DNA from: Pristiophorus japonicus
Lineage: Eukaryota
Assembly (NCBI RefSeq): GCF_044704955.1
Contig: NC_091982.1
Location: forward strand, 35,340,001 to 35,404,000
DNA: 64,000 nt
Reading direction: 5' to 3'
Under the pieces are notes generated by a model. It worked only from the letters and a program-made list of their open reading frames with translations. It ran no database searches and was not told where the DNA came from. The position numbers were made by a program, and so were the translations under genes. Shown in pieces: positions 35,197 to 47,383 of the stretch; within the stretch, counting starts at the first letter, position 1, and every line of letters begins with the position of its first letter.

Positions 35197-38089
35197 TGTG
35201 ATGTATGCACCTGTGAGTATGCTCACAGGTGTTGTAGAGCTGTTGCGCTGCCTAAGAAAGGCGATCTCCGCCTACTTAAGAACTGGCGCCCGGTCTCCCT
35301 CCTCAGCACGGACTATAAAATCTTTGCCAGGGTGATGTCTGCTCGCCTTGGCGCCGTGCTGGACCACATGATCCACCCCGACCAGTTCTACACGGTCCCG
35401 GGCCGGACAATCCACGATAACATCCATCTGGTCCGGTACCTTATCCATCATTCCCAGGAGTCGGTCACCTTCCTATCCCTCGACCAAGAGAAGGCATTCG
35501 ACAGGGTGAATCATGACTATCTGTTCGGAACTCTGCGCGCTTTCGGGTTCGGGAAATATTTCGTCGCCCGGATCCGACTTTTGTATGCCGCCACAGAGTG
35601 TCTGATTAAGGTTAACTGGTCTTTGACAGCGCCCTTCGCTTTAAGAGAGGGGTGCACCAGGGATGCCCCATGTCCGGCCAGTTATATGCCATCTGCGTGG
35701 AGCCTTTCCTGCGCCTCCTGCGGACGAGGTTGACGGAACTGGCTCTGCAAGGGCCGGGCGTGGAGGTCGTCCTCTCGGCTTACGCCAATGACATGCTCCT
35801 CACGGTAGAGGATCCCGTTGACCTGCGGAGGGTGCGTGAGTGCCAGGAGATTTACTCGGCCGCATCCTCCGCCAGGATCAACTAGGAGAAATGTTCCGGA
35901 CTCCTGGTGGGCCAGTGGTGGGTGGACTCCCTGCCGGAGGAGCTCAGGCCTTTTGCCTGGAGCATGACCCATCTCCTCTATCTGGGAGTCTACCTTAGCC
36001 CCGACGAGGAAGCCTGGCCGGCGAACTGGCAAGAGCTGGAGGCCAAGGTCGCCGCTTGCCTAGGGCGCTGGACAGGACTGCTCCGAGTGCTGTCCTACAG
36101 GGGTCGAGCGCTAGTCATAAACCAGCTGGTGGCCGCTATGCTGTGACCCCTTTGACCCCTCCCCCTGCATTTGTTGCCAAGATACAGAAGAAGCTGGTGG
36201 ACTTCTTCTGGAACAACAAGAAGCACTGGGTCTCTGCCGCGGTCTTGAGTCTCCTGCTTAGGGAGGGCGGTCAGGCATTGGTGTGCGTCAGCACCCAGTT
36301 CGCGACTTTCCGTCTTCAGACCCTGCAGAGATACCTTTATGTCGAGCCCCCTCCTAGGTGGCGTGCGCTGGCAATGTATTTCTTCCGCCAGCAGTACAGC
36401 CTCAACTACGACACGCAGCTCCTGTTTCTGAGCCTGGGGGGCATCAGGATCGCCGTCTAGGGGCTGCCTGTCTTTTACCAGGAACTCATCAGGGTCTGGA
36501 ACAAAGTCTTCACCAAGCGCAGCTCTCCACTGTCTGGAGTGGTGGCTGTCCAGCAGGAGCCGCTGATCAGGAATCCGTACCTCCACGACCGAGGTTTTAG
36601 GTGGCAGTCGGACGAGAGGGCTGTGGCTGGCGAGGTGACCAGGGTCAGGGACCTGCTCGATGGCGGAGGAGCGGGCTGGATGGCGCTAGACATGCTGGCA
36701 CGGCGCCTAAATTCGGCCGACGTCCGCCGCACGGCCGATGACATCGAGTCGCTAAAAACAGCTCTGGGCCCTGACTCCATTAGGTGTGTCGAGGAGGCTC
36801 AAGCACGTGGGGACATCCCGTCCGAACTGACCCCCATCCGGACGGAATTCCTCATCGGCGCCAAACCCCGGAACCTCCCTCGGGAGCCGGCGCCTCACAA
36901 CTTGAGCCGCCTCGGGGAAATCCCCTCCGTGCCTTTCAGTTCCGCGCGGAGGGGATTCCTGTACGGGCTGCTCCTGCACACCCTCAACTTTGCCATCCTC
37001 GTCTGCCGTCCGGACACGCCATGGCGTACCATCTTGCCGTCCGGAGGAGGCGGGGGTCCCTGATGGAGTGCACTCTACGCGGGAGTCCTCCCACTATTTA
37101 TCGGGGACTTGGCCTGGAGTATGGTGCACGGAGCAGTCCTGTGCAACAAATTTTTAAGCCGGTTCACGGGCTCCCAGGCCACCTGTAATTTCTGCGGCCT
37201 GGAAGAGTCCGTGTTCCACGTTTTTATGGAGTGTGCGAGGTTGCAGCCCCTGTTCCACTATTTAAAGGGGCTGCTCGTCAATTTCTGGCTGCACTTCAGT
37301 CCCACACTCTCCTGATCTTTGGGCACCCTGTGCGGAGGGGAGCGGGTAGGTTCGAGCGCCTCCTCGTAGGACTGCTCCTGGGCACGGCCAAGGGTGCCAT
37401 CAGCCGGTCCAGGCAGCGGGCGGTCGAGTGGGTCGTTCAGCCTGGCTGCCTGCTTCTCTTCCGCGCCTACATCCGGGCCAGGGTGTCCTTGGAGATGGAG
37501 CACGCGGTGTCCACCGGTACGCTCGCGGCCTTCCGTGAGAGGTGGGCGCCGGAGGGACTGGAGTGCATCGTTACCCCCGGCAACCAAATTTTAATTTGAT
37601 TTTATATGTTTTAAAGTTTAATTTGTTTTAATTGCCGGGTTTTAGTGTCCCCCTCCCCTTTTATAGGGGGCACTTGTAAATTATGGTTTTAGGACCCAAA
37701 AAACACAACCCCCCCCCCCCCACCCCCCAAAAAAAACACAAAAAAAAATACAAAAAAAATATTAAAAGGGCCGTGATAAGTGTTTGGAGTGTCCCCCAGA
37801 TCGGGGGGCACATGATTTAACTGTTATTTTTATTTCCAACCAAAAATAGTTGTAGAGCTGTTGCACTGTGAGTGGCTTAGCCAGTCACGTGATGTTCACA
37901 AGATTCAATAAAACCCCAGTCAGTTGGGTCTAGGTCATCTACAATCAGGTATGCAGTTGCAAGCCTCGTGGATGAACTTGTAATGTGTAGTGTGATTGTT
38001 AAACCATTGTTAATAAAGCAACACGTTCTTAATAGCAATGTGTTGCTATGAATTTTTAAGCAAAGAATCCATGAAGCAAATACATTACA
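35197..38089 (+). mobile_element. Solo LTR (35197-35250 plus 37849-38089) interrupted by a Tx1 LINE
   Basis: TGTGATGTA…TACATTACA terminal inverted ends; AATAAA signals; 5-bp flanks AACAT/AATAT. Confidence 0.75.
35251..37848 (+). mobile_element. Tx1-clade (L1 group) LINE, 5' truncated, ORF2 RT to CCHC finger, disrupted
   Basis: KNWRPVSLLSTDYK, LSLDQEKAFDRVNH, QGCPMSGQLY, AYANDM, YLGV and CNFCGLEESVFHVFMEC; 20-bp TSD GTTGTAGAGCTGTTGC(G/A)CTG at 35231-35250 and 37849-37868. Confidence 0.92.
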
Positions 38090-38974
38090 AATATCATTCC
38101 CCAAAAAATCATATATGCACACATGGAAAATAGTGGGGCAGTGATGGGCAAAGGGGGTTCATACAAGAAGTATTAGACATTAAGTCCCTCACCAAAGCAG
38201 AGAAAGGTCATTGACCTGAAACATTAATGCTGTTTCTTTCTCCACAGATGCTGCCTGACCCGCTGAGCATTTCCAGCAATTTCTGACTTTTTAATCAGAG
38301 TTCCAACATCTATAATATTTAGCTTCTGACACACTGCAAGTAGTTGCTTCCTGCAAAAATTAGCAAAATTCTAGTTTAATTGTTGTCATTTTTCTTAAAA
38401 TTTCAACGGTTATTACAAATTATAAAATTAAATCGCAATCAAGTTCAAGTCATCCTACAAGTAAGCATTTGACAATAGCCTAATAGTTAATAAATTGGCA
38501 CCAATTAGGGTATAACCACAATGGTAAAATTTATCTTGTACCTAAACCAAACTCATCCTTTACTATAAAATAAAAAAGTAATTTTGCCTGTCACATTTAC
38601 TGCATATTGATTGCACTATATTCAGTCATGGCCATTAAGAACCATGTTAAATACCAATATATTTTTGTCCTCTGGTATTGCTGAAATGCAACAATAGTGA
38701 TAGAATTGATCATATGAAAATTAGTGGGGCAAAGGGATGTTCATGCAAAGGAATATTAGACAGTTTCTCATTAAACCACTCACCAAAGCAGAGAAAATAA
38801 GTGATTGGATATGCAGGTCTAGGTTGGCTAACACCCAATGCTAGACTCAGTCCAGATGAATTCAAACTTTAAATATAGCATACTCCATCTAAATGCAAGT
38901 CTTTTCAATTCAGCCCAGTTTTTCTTCCCTCCCCAAAAACATATTATTCACTTGAACGTTTTCCAGCTTTAATA

Positions 38975-39695
38975 ATACTGAGAAGTGTAGAGGAACTAGA
39001 GAGACCTTGGAGTGCATGTCCACAGATCCCTGAAGGTAGCAGGACAGGTAGAAATGGTGATTAAGAAGGTGTATGGGATATTTTTTTTTATGTTGAGGCA
39101 TAGAATATAAGAGCAGGGAGGTTATGCTTGAACTGTATAAAACACTAGTTAGGGCACAGCTAGAGTACTGCATGCAGTTCTAGTCATCACATTACAGGAA
39201 AGATGTGATTGCACCAGAGAGGGTACAGAGGAGATTTATTAGGATGTTAGCAGGACTGAGGAAATTTAGCTATGAGGAAAGATTGAATAGGCTGAGGTTG
39301 GTTTCTTTGGAAGGCTGTATGAGACTTAATTGAGGTGTTTCAAATTATAAGGGGCCGAGATAGAGTGGATAGGAAGGACATATTTCTCGATGCAGAGGGG
39401 TCAATAACCAGTGGGCATAGATTTAAAGTAATTGGTAGAAAGATTAGAGGGAAGTTGAGGAGAAACGTTTTCACCCAGAGGGTGGTGAGGGTCTGGAACT
39501 TACTGCCTGAATGGGTGGTAAAGACAGAAACCCTCATCGCATTTAAAAAGTACTTGGAAATGCACTTGAAGTTCCGTAACCTACAAGGCTACAGACCAAG
39601 AGCTGGAAAGTGGGTTTAGGCTGGATAGTTCATTTTTGGCTGGCACAGACACGATGAGCCAAATGGCCTCCTTCTGTGCCGCAAATTTCTATGAA
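38975..39695 (+). mobile_element. CR1 LINE 3' fragment
   Basis: RDLGVHVH, LYKTLVRAQLEYC and FTQRVVRVWNLLP; CR1 tail. Confidence 0.88.
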
Positions 39696-40036
39696 TGCAT
39701 CAAATTCTACAGCACGGAAGAACTTGCAGTGACAGCTGCTGGAAAACATTACGTGGGGGCCATGCATGAGAACACGTGCTTGGCACTACCATGAGTATGC
39801 TGTAGAAAGGCAAACAGCAGTTGCTGAAGTTCCACACCTCTAACTGGTGGTATGAGCATTTGATGGGGTTTGGTGTGTCTAAGCTGTGGTTTACAGAATG
39901 GTGGTAATACGTCTACATTATAGTGAGTTGTGCTTCTCGCCATTTCACTTGTAAATAGCTCTTGGTTGCTGTTGTCTGCCGAGAGAGGGCTCAAACCTGC
40001 ACTTGTCAGTTATGTAATAATAATAGCATACATTTA

Positions 40037-41042
40037 TATACAGTACGCAGACAACGCTTGCATCTGCGTACATTCAGTGGCTGAATTCCAAGCCATGGTC
40101 AGCATCTTCACCGAGGCGTACAAAAGCATGGGCCTTAAACTAAGCATCCGTAAGACAAAGGTCCTCCACCAACCTGATCCCGCCACACAGCACTGTCATC
40201 AAAATCCACAGCGCCGCCTTGGACAACATGGACCATTTTCCATACCTCAGGAGCCTCCTATCAGCAAGGGCAGACATCGATGACGAGGTCCAACACTGCC
40301 TCCAGTGTGCCAGCACAGCCATCGGTCGCCTGAGGGAGAGAGTGCTTGAAGACCAGCACCTCAAATCTGGCACCAAGCTTATGGTCTACAGGGCAGTAGT
40401 GATACCCGCCCTCCTATATGATTCAGAAACGTGGACTATATACAAGTAGACACCTCAAAGCACTGGAGAAGTACCATCAGCGCTGCCTCCGCAAGATCCT
40501 GCAAATTCACTGGGAGGATAGACGCACCAACATCAGTGTTCTCGCTCAGGCCAATGTCCCTAGCATCGAAGCACTGAGCACACTCGGCCAGTTCCGTTGT
40601 GCGGGCCACATCGTCCACATGCCCGACACGAGACGAGACTCCCAAAGCAAGCGCTCTACTCGGAACTCCTACACTGTAAGCATGCCCAGGGTGGGAAGAG
40701 GAAAGATTTCAAAGACACCCTCAAAACCTTCTTGATAAAGTGCAACATCCTCACCGGCACCTGGGAATCCCTGGCCCAAGACCACCCTAAGTGAAGGAAG
40801 AGCATCTGGGAGGGCGTTGAGCACCTCGAGTCTCGTCGCCGAGAGCATGCAGAAATCAAGTGCAGACAGCAGAAGGAGCGTGCGGCAAACCAGACCACCC
40901 ACCTACCCTTTCCTTCAACTACTGTCTGCCCCACCTGTGCCAGAGACTATCATTTCTGTATTGGACTGTACAGTCACCCGAGAACTCACTTTTAGAGTGG
41001 AAGCAAGTCTTCCTCGATTTCAAGTGACTGCCTATGATGATG
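40037..41042 (+). mobile_element. RTE LINE, 5' truncated, not inverted
   Basis: QYADNAC, SIRKTKVL, FPYLRSLLS and CPTC finger; (GAT)n tail; ACATTTA duplication at 40030-40036 and 41043-41049. Confidence 0.9.
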
Positions 41043-41049
41043 ACATTTA

Positions 41050-41520
41050 AATAATATGTTTAATGTTGTGAAACGTGCCAAGGTGCTTAACAAGTGCGAT
41101 ATCAATAAAAACATTGTTGACACCAAAGCACAGAAAGAGCTATCAGGACAGATGACCAAAGGCTTGGTCAAAGAGGTAGGTTTTAAGGAGGAGAAAAAGG
41201 TAGAGAGGCAGAGAGGTTTAGGTAGGGAATTCCAGAGCTTACACAGCTTTCAGCTCCAAGCAGCTGAAAGCACGGCCACTAATGGTGGAACGATTAAAAT
41301 GGGGGATGCGCAAGAGGCCAGAATTGGAAGAGCGCAGGGATCTCAAAGGCCTGTAGGGCTGGAGGAGGTTACAGAGATAGGGAGGAAAGAGGCTATGGAG
41401 GGATTTGAAAACAAGAATTAGGATTTTAAAACTGATTTGTTGTCAGACCGGGACAGTCAGCAAGCACAGGGATGATGGCTAAACAAGACTTGGAGCGAGT
41501 TAAGATATGGGCAGCAGAAT
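41050..41520 (-). mobile_element. L2 LINE 3' fragment
   Basis: GACCAAAGGCTTGGTCAAAGAGGTAGGTTTTAAGGAG block shared with the other L2 tails. Confidence 0.8.
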
Positions 41521-42199
41521 GACTAACCTCTTTGGTCTGGCGTTGAGGTGGGAGGGAAGGGAGATGTGGGGTCTCTTTGGGCTGGAGATGGAGCCAACCT
41601 GACCCATCCAGCAATCACTGGAACCATGTAAGTAGGAAACAGGCAAGTTAAAAAAACATTTGCCTTACCAATGCTACTTTGTTTGCCTTTTCATGGGCTT
41701 ATTTCTTTGACTTTGAGGTGCAGTAAGGTAAATGCAGCATCAAATTGGCCATTATTTAAATATGTGAATGTCTCATTCCGAAACACTGATAAAGCCTTTT
41801 TCAAGAGAAGCTTCAGGCTACAAACCAGCCTCTACACTATTGAATGTGTCGAACCAACACCTAGTTCTCAGCACTCGTACAACAATTACAGTAAAAACCC
41901 ACCTGCATAGGAAAAACAACTCTCAAAATGCATTATCCACTTACTGAGAGCAGCCATTGATTACTGTGGAGGGGTTGGTCGCAGCCTTTTGTCACTAGAT
42001 CATGATGTCACACTGCTTGCTGCCCTCAAAACAAACAAAAACAGGATCCAGAGGGTGTCAGGTGAATGAGCTTACTCTGTACTTCTTAAATAAATGAAAG
42101 TTATTTCTTTCCTATGGAATATGAACCTAAAGCAAAAGGCAGGTGCCACTAATCATTGTATGCCAGGGAAAGGGAAGCAAAGAAAGGGAGGAACTTACA

Positions 42200-42580
42200 C
42201 ACAAGAACTTATCATGTCCTCAAGTCGTCCAAAGTGCTTCACAAACAATGAATTATTTTTGAAGTACAATCACTGTTGTCATGTAGGCAAACATGGTTGG
42301 CAATTTTTGGACAGCGTTTTCCCACAAACAACATATGAGATGAATGACCAGTTAATTTGTTTTTGGCGGCATCAGTTAAGAGAGAAATGATAACCTGGAC
42401 ACCTGAAGAAGAACATTTTGTTCTTCAAATAGTACCGTCGTATCTTTTAAATCCACCTGGAGCAGACTGGGTCTTGGTTTAATACCAAATCAAAAGAGAA
42501 TGCAGCATTCCCTCACTACTGCAGTGAAGTATCAGCCAAGGTTAAGTTGAGTTAGATTAAGTGCTGCTCAAGTCTTAAGA
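42200..42580 (-). mobile_element. DeuSINE, strongly diverged
   Basis: Collinear but degenerate match to 16161-16562. Confidence 0.6.
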
Positions 42581-42707
42581 GTGGAGCCTGAAGCTATAAC
42601 CTGCTGCTTTCCACCTGTCTCGCCCGGGCAGCTGACTGGTGGAATGCAGATGAGGGCCGGGAGTGAAAATCACCTGATCCTCACGCTGCTGACAGGTGCG
42701 TTTGGGA

Positions 42708-43195
42708 ATAAGAACATAAGAAATAGGAACAGGAGTAGGTCATTTGTGTTCTTGAGCCTGTTCCGCCATTTAATAAGATCATGGCTGATCTGATCATGGA
42801 CTCAGCTCCACGTCCCCGCTCCCCATAACCCTCTACTCCCTTATCGCTCAAAAATCTGACTATCTCCACCCTAAATATATTCAATGACCAGCCTCCACAG
42901 CTCTCTGGGGCAGAGAATTCCACAGATTTACAAACCTGAGAAGAAATACCTCCTCATCTCAGTTTTAAATGATAGACCCCTTATTCTGAGACTATGTCCC
43001 CTAGTTTTAGTTTCCCCTATGAGTAGAAATATCCTCTCTGCATCCACCTGTTGAGTCCCCTCATTATCTTATATGTTTCAATAAGATCACCTCTTATTCT
43101 TCTGAACTCCAATGTGTATAGGCCCAATCTACCTTCATAAGTCAACCTCCTCATCTCCGGAATCAACCTAGTGAACCTTCTCTGAACAGCCTCTG
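42708..43195 (-). mobile_element. CR1 LINE 3' fragment
   Basis: VQRRFTRLIP…RIRGDLIETYK; AAGAACATAAGAAATAGG tail. Confidence 0.88.
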
Positions 43196-43630
43196 AATCA
43201 CCTTGTCTCCCGCTATCCAAATCATGCTCCCAATTAGAATCGGGAGCTATAGGATAAGTCTCCTCTGAACAGTGAATACAATATTTATCTAACCTGTGGT
43301 TGCAACCACAAGAAAGCCACTAGCTGAACAAGTGAAACCACCAGTTGCATGTATTAATGTTTTCCATTTATACAACAGTTATGAAGAGAAAACCAAGGCT
43401 ACAGCTGGTTTGAAATTTAAAAAGGGATTTTAAGGTAATATAAGTGCTAACAGGAAACGGGTTCATCAAACACAACATATATCCTTGTCCTTGCTACACC
43501 ACACTGAAAAAAAGTAAAATATCCTTGCTCTTTTGCCCTCCTAAAGGGTTGTCAATTACTTTTTAATGAAGACCATGAAAAGTTTACAATTAACAAAAGG
43601 GAAACAATGGATTTATTGACAAAGGACAAT

Positions 43631-44417
43631 GGGCTAGAGTTTCCCGAACCGGTTTTTCTGGCGCCCTCACCCAAGATGCGCCGCTTTTGTCCGCCTCCAA
43701 GCGCGCCGAAAAAAGACGACCGTATTCTGGCCGCTCCCCAGCCTCTCTTCAGTCGTGGCGCAGCGTGGCCCAATGGATTGGGGGGCGGAGCCAGGTCCCG
43801 GCGCTGAAAACAGTGCCGGGACCTCTGCACATGTGCGCTAGAGTCTGCGAGCATGTGCAGTAGCTCCTGGCAGGCCGTTTCTGCAAACGCGCGCTGCAGC
43901 TGTGTGGGAGGGGCCTGAAGTATGCCGTCCCTAGCCCTGGCCGAATGGGCTCCCTCATCGGCGGCCCGCTGAGTTCCCTAAGGTACGACTTCTATTTTTT
44001 ATTTGTTATTTACTGATTGATTTTGGTGCTTTAGGTGCAGAGTTCCTTCTATTTTTTTTATTTGTTATTTATTGATTGCTTATTACTTTTTGTGCTTTGT
44101 TTGGTGCTAGGTGGTGCTTTAAATGTAGTTACTTGCGCCGATTCCTTAACTCTAGGTAAGGTTTTTCTGTGCGGACAGAAGTGGCAACATACGCTGGCCT
44201 AAGTTAGTTTGGAGCTACTATTTGCTGGCCAAACACCTAAAACAGGGGTAAGTGGCTGGGAATGTCCCCTTTTGAAAAAACTGAACTAAAAAAAAAACCT
44301 AACTGACTCACTTACACTGGCACAAATTAAATGACCAGAATTGCAACTAAAAAGATAGTCCAGAAAAATCAAGTTGCTCCAAAAAAAAAGGAGCAACTCC
44401 TGGGGAAACTTGGGCCC
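43631..44417. mobile_element. MITE family B, short copy (reverse orientation to 14132-15420)
   Basis: Ends GGGCTAGAGTTTCCC and GGGAAACTTGGGCCC; high similarity to 14132-15420; TSD ambiguous (AAT/ATG). Confidence 0.8.
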
Positions 44418-44803
44418 ATGGGTGGAATCCATTACCGAGATAGCAGGGAGGTTCTCTTTATTGTTGAGTTTATATTACAGCGGTACTCCTGGTGATTTGC
44501 AATCCACCTTGGTTATACTGCAGGACAGATTCCACAGCACTGACAGCAGGTAGATGTCCAGATATTTGAACCGTAACAATTCTGGCTATAGGGTCTTACT
44601 CAATGGCTGGAGAAGATAGCACGATAAAAATGGTGTCCCCCAAAGACAATACTTTTGACTCCAGAGAATAGATTCAGCTTATGAGGTACCGTTCCATGCC
44701 TTAAGAAGGAACCACTTATATTTGAATTACCTAAACTAAACTAGAGATGATCCAAAACTCAGCTGACTGTGACCTAACTCGCACCAAGTCTGCTCACCCA
44801 TCA

Positions 44804-46952
44804 TCATCATCATCATCATAGGCAGTCTCTCGGAGTTGAGGATGATTTGCTTCCACATTAAAAATGAGTTCTCAGATGACTGTTAAGTGCAATGCTGGAG
44901 GTACAGTCTCTGTCACAGGTTGGGCAGACGGTGATTGAAAGTACGTAGGTTGAAGTGCCAGTTTCTTGAAGTGCTTGTGTTGTCGTGCACTTCTTCCGCT
45001 GTATGCGCTTGGTCTCCGTTTGCTCCTGGCGAAGAGACTCAAAGTGTTCGATGCCCTCAAGGATTATTCTCTTCTATTTTGAGCGATCTTGAGCCAGGGA
45101 TTCCCAGGTGTCGGTGAAGATGTTGAACTTCTTCAAGGAGGCCTTGAGGGTGTCCTTGAAGCGTTTCCTCTGTCCACCTGGGGCTCGTTTGCCCTGTCGG
45201 AGCTCTGAGTTGAGCGCTTGTTTTGCGAGTCTCGTATCGAGCATCATCATCATAGGCAGTCCCTCAAAAATCGAGGAAGACTTCCTTCCACTCCAAAAGT
45301 GAGTTCTCAGGTGACTGTACAGTCCAATACGGGAATTACAGTCTCTGTCACAGGTGAGACAGACAGTCGTTGGGAGGAAAGGGTGGGCGGGGAGTCTTGT
45401 TTGCCGCACGCTCCTTCCGCTGCCTGCGCTTGTTTTCTGCGTGCTCTTGGCGACGAGACTCGAGGTGCTCAGTGCCCTCCCAGATGCTCTTCTTCCACTT
45501 AGGGCGGTCTTTGGCCAGGGAACCAGGTATCGGTGTGGATGTTGCACTTTATCAAGGAGGCTTTGAGGGTGCCCTTGAAACATTTCCTCTGCCCACCTGG
45601 GGCTCGCTTGCCGTGTTGGAGTTCTGACGAGAGCGGTTGCTTGGGGAGTCTTGTGTCGGGCATGCAAACACTGTGGCCCGCCCAGCAGAGCTGGTCGAGT
45701 GTGGTCAGTGCTTCGATGCTGAGGACATTGTCAATGGACGCGCAGAATCTTCCTGAGGCTGCGTTGATGATATTTCTCCAGTGCCCTGATGTGCGTTGTA
45801 TATAGTCCACGTCTCATATATGAGGGCAGGTATCACTACTGCTCTGTAGACCGAGCTTTGTGCTGGTTTTAAGGTTCTGGTCTTCAAACACTCTGGCCCC
45901 AGTTTTCATGAGCTGCAAGGCCCACCCATCTGCCGCCCAAAGGACCACCTGGCGGCAAAATAATGGCTTACGCCGTCAATCTGGGCAGCAGCGGGAGCTC
46001 TCAATCGCTTGCCACCCAAGTGCGCCAAGGATGGAGTCGGGCCCAGGGAGGGTGGAAGACCTGAAAATAAAAACATCACAAAATAAAAGTCACCGGAACA
46101 CCTTCAGGGGACCCCATCCAGGTCAGTCACTGTAAAAATAAATGTAAAAGATGTTCACTAACCTTTTGCAGGTCTTCATACCCACCGTCGGGGTAACAAC
46201 AGCCTCCACACAGCGGTCCTTCCCCCTGCTGGCGCGACTCTCGCCCGCACCAATCTAGCATCTCGGCGGGCAGGAGGCCAGTTACGCGACTTGGCCGCCA
46301 GAGGACGTCAGCTGGAGATTCCCGACAGTGCTCTTCTCCCGCCTGCTCCAGCCCAAGTGGAAACTCGGAGCGAGAGGAAAACAGCAGGAAAAGTCGGCGG
46401 CAGTCGGCAGTAAGTCCACCAATATGGGGGCCGCTATTCCTTAGGCGACCAAAGATTGAGGAGGATTCTTGCGATAACTTTCCCTGTGGTAGACAGTAAG
46501 GAAATTCCTCTGTAGTTACCGCAATCGGACTTTCTTGAAGATGGTCACGATTACGGCGTCTCTGAGATCCCCTGGCCTGCTCTCCTCCTTCCAAATGAGA
46601 AATTACCTCATGTATTCGCGCCAATAGTGCTTTTCCGTTATGTTTTAGTTGCTTTGGCGGGTATTCCATCCGCTCCTGAGGCCTTGTTGTTCCTCAGTTG
46701 TCGAATGGTCTTTTCAATCTCATGCTGGGCAGGGATTGTGCTGAAATGGTCATGGGTAACATGCTGTGGGATGTAGTCGAGAACACTCACATCGAAGACA
46801 GAGTCTCGGTTAAGGAGATCTTCAAAGTGCTCCTTCCAGCGAGCACTGACTGCCTCTCCATCCTTGATTAAAACTTCTCCGTTCTTCGGCCGCAATGGGC
46901 GAGCACCTTGGGTGCTTGGTCCGTAGATGATCTTTGCTGCACTGAAGAATCC
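44804..46952 (-). mobile_element. Composite RTE insertion with two tandem 3' ends (44804-45242 and 45243-46952), inside an L2
   Basis: Two (CAT)n tails at about 44800 and 45243; RT remnants up to GFFSAAKIIYGPSTQG; flanks GCTCACCCATCA (44792-44803) and ACTCACCCTTCA (46953-46964). Confidence 0.85.
45895..46432. mobile_element. Harbinger-type MITE (family C) nested in the RTE
   Basis: Ends GGCCCCAGTTTT and AATATGGGGGCC; 3-bp flanks TCT/GCT; removal rejoins RTE GRLRN-R-VFEDQ. Confidence 0.7.
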
Positions 46953-47383
46953 ACTCACCCTTCACCCCTGTGCTCACTGACCTACATTGGCTACTGATAA
47001 GCAATGCCTCGAATTCAAAATTCTTATCCTTTCAAATCCCCTCCCTATCTCTGTAATCTCCTCCAGCCCCACAATCCCTTGAGATATCTGCGTTCCTCTA
47101 ATTCTGCCCTCTTGAGCATCCCTGATTATAATCGCTCCACCATTGGTGGCCGTGCCTTCTGTTGCCTCGGCCCTAAGTTCTAGAATTCCTTGCCCAAACC
47201 TCTCCACCTCTCTACCTCTCTTTCCTCCTTCAAGACGCTTCTTAAAACCTACTTTTTTGACCAAGCTTTTAGCCACCTGCCCTAATTTCTCCTTATGTGG
47301 CTCGGTGTTTTTTGTCTCCTGTGAAGTGCCTTGGGTCGTTTCACGATGTTAAAGGTGCTATATAAATACAATTTATTGTTATT
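46953..47383 (+). mobile_element. L2 LINE 3' fragment (continues 44748-44803)
   Basis: CACCCCTGTGCTCACTGACCTACATTGG…AAAGGTGCTATATAAATACAA tail. Confidence 0.88.
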
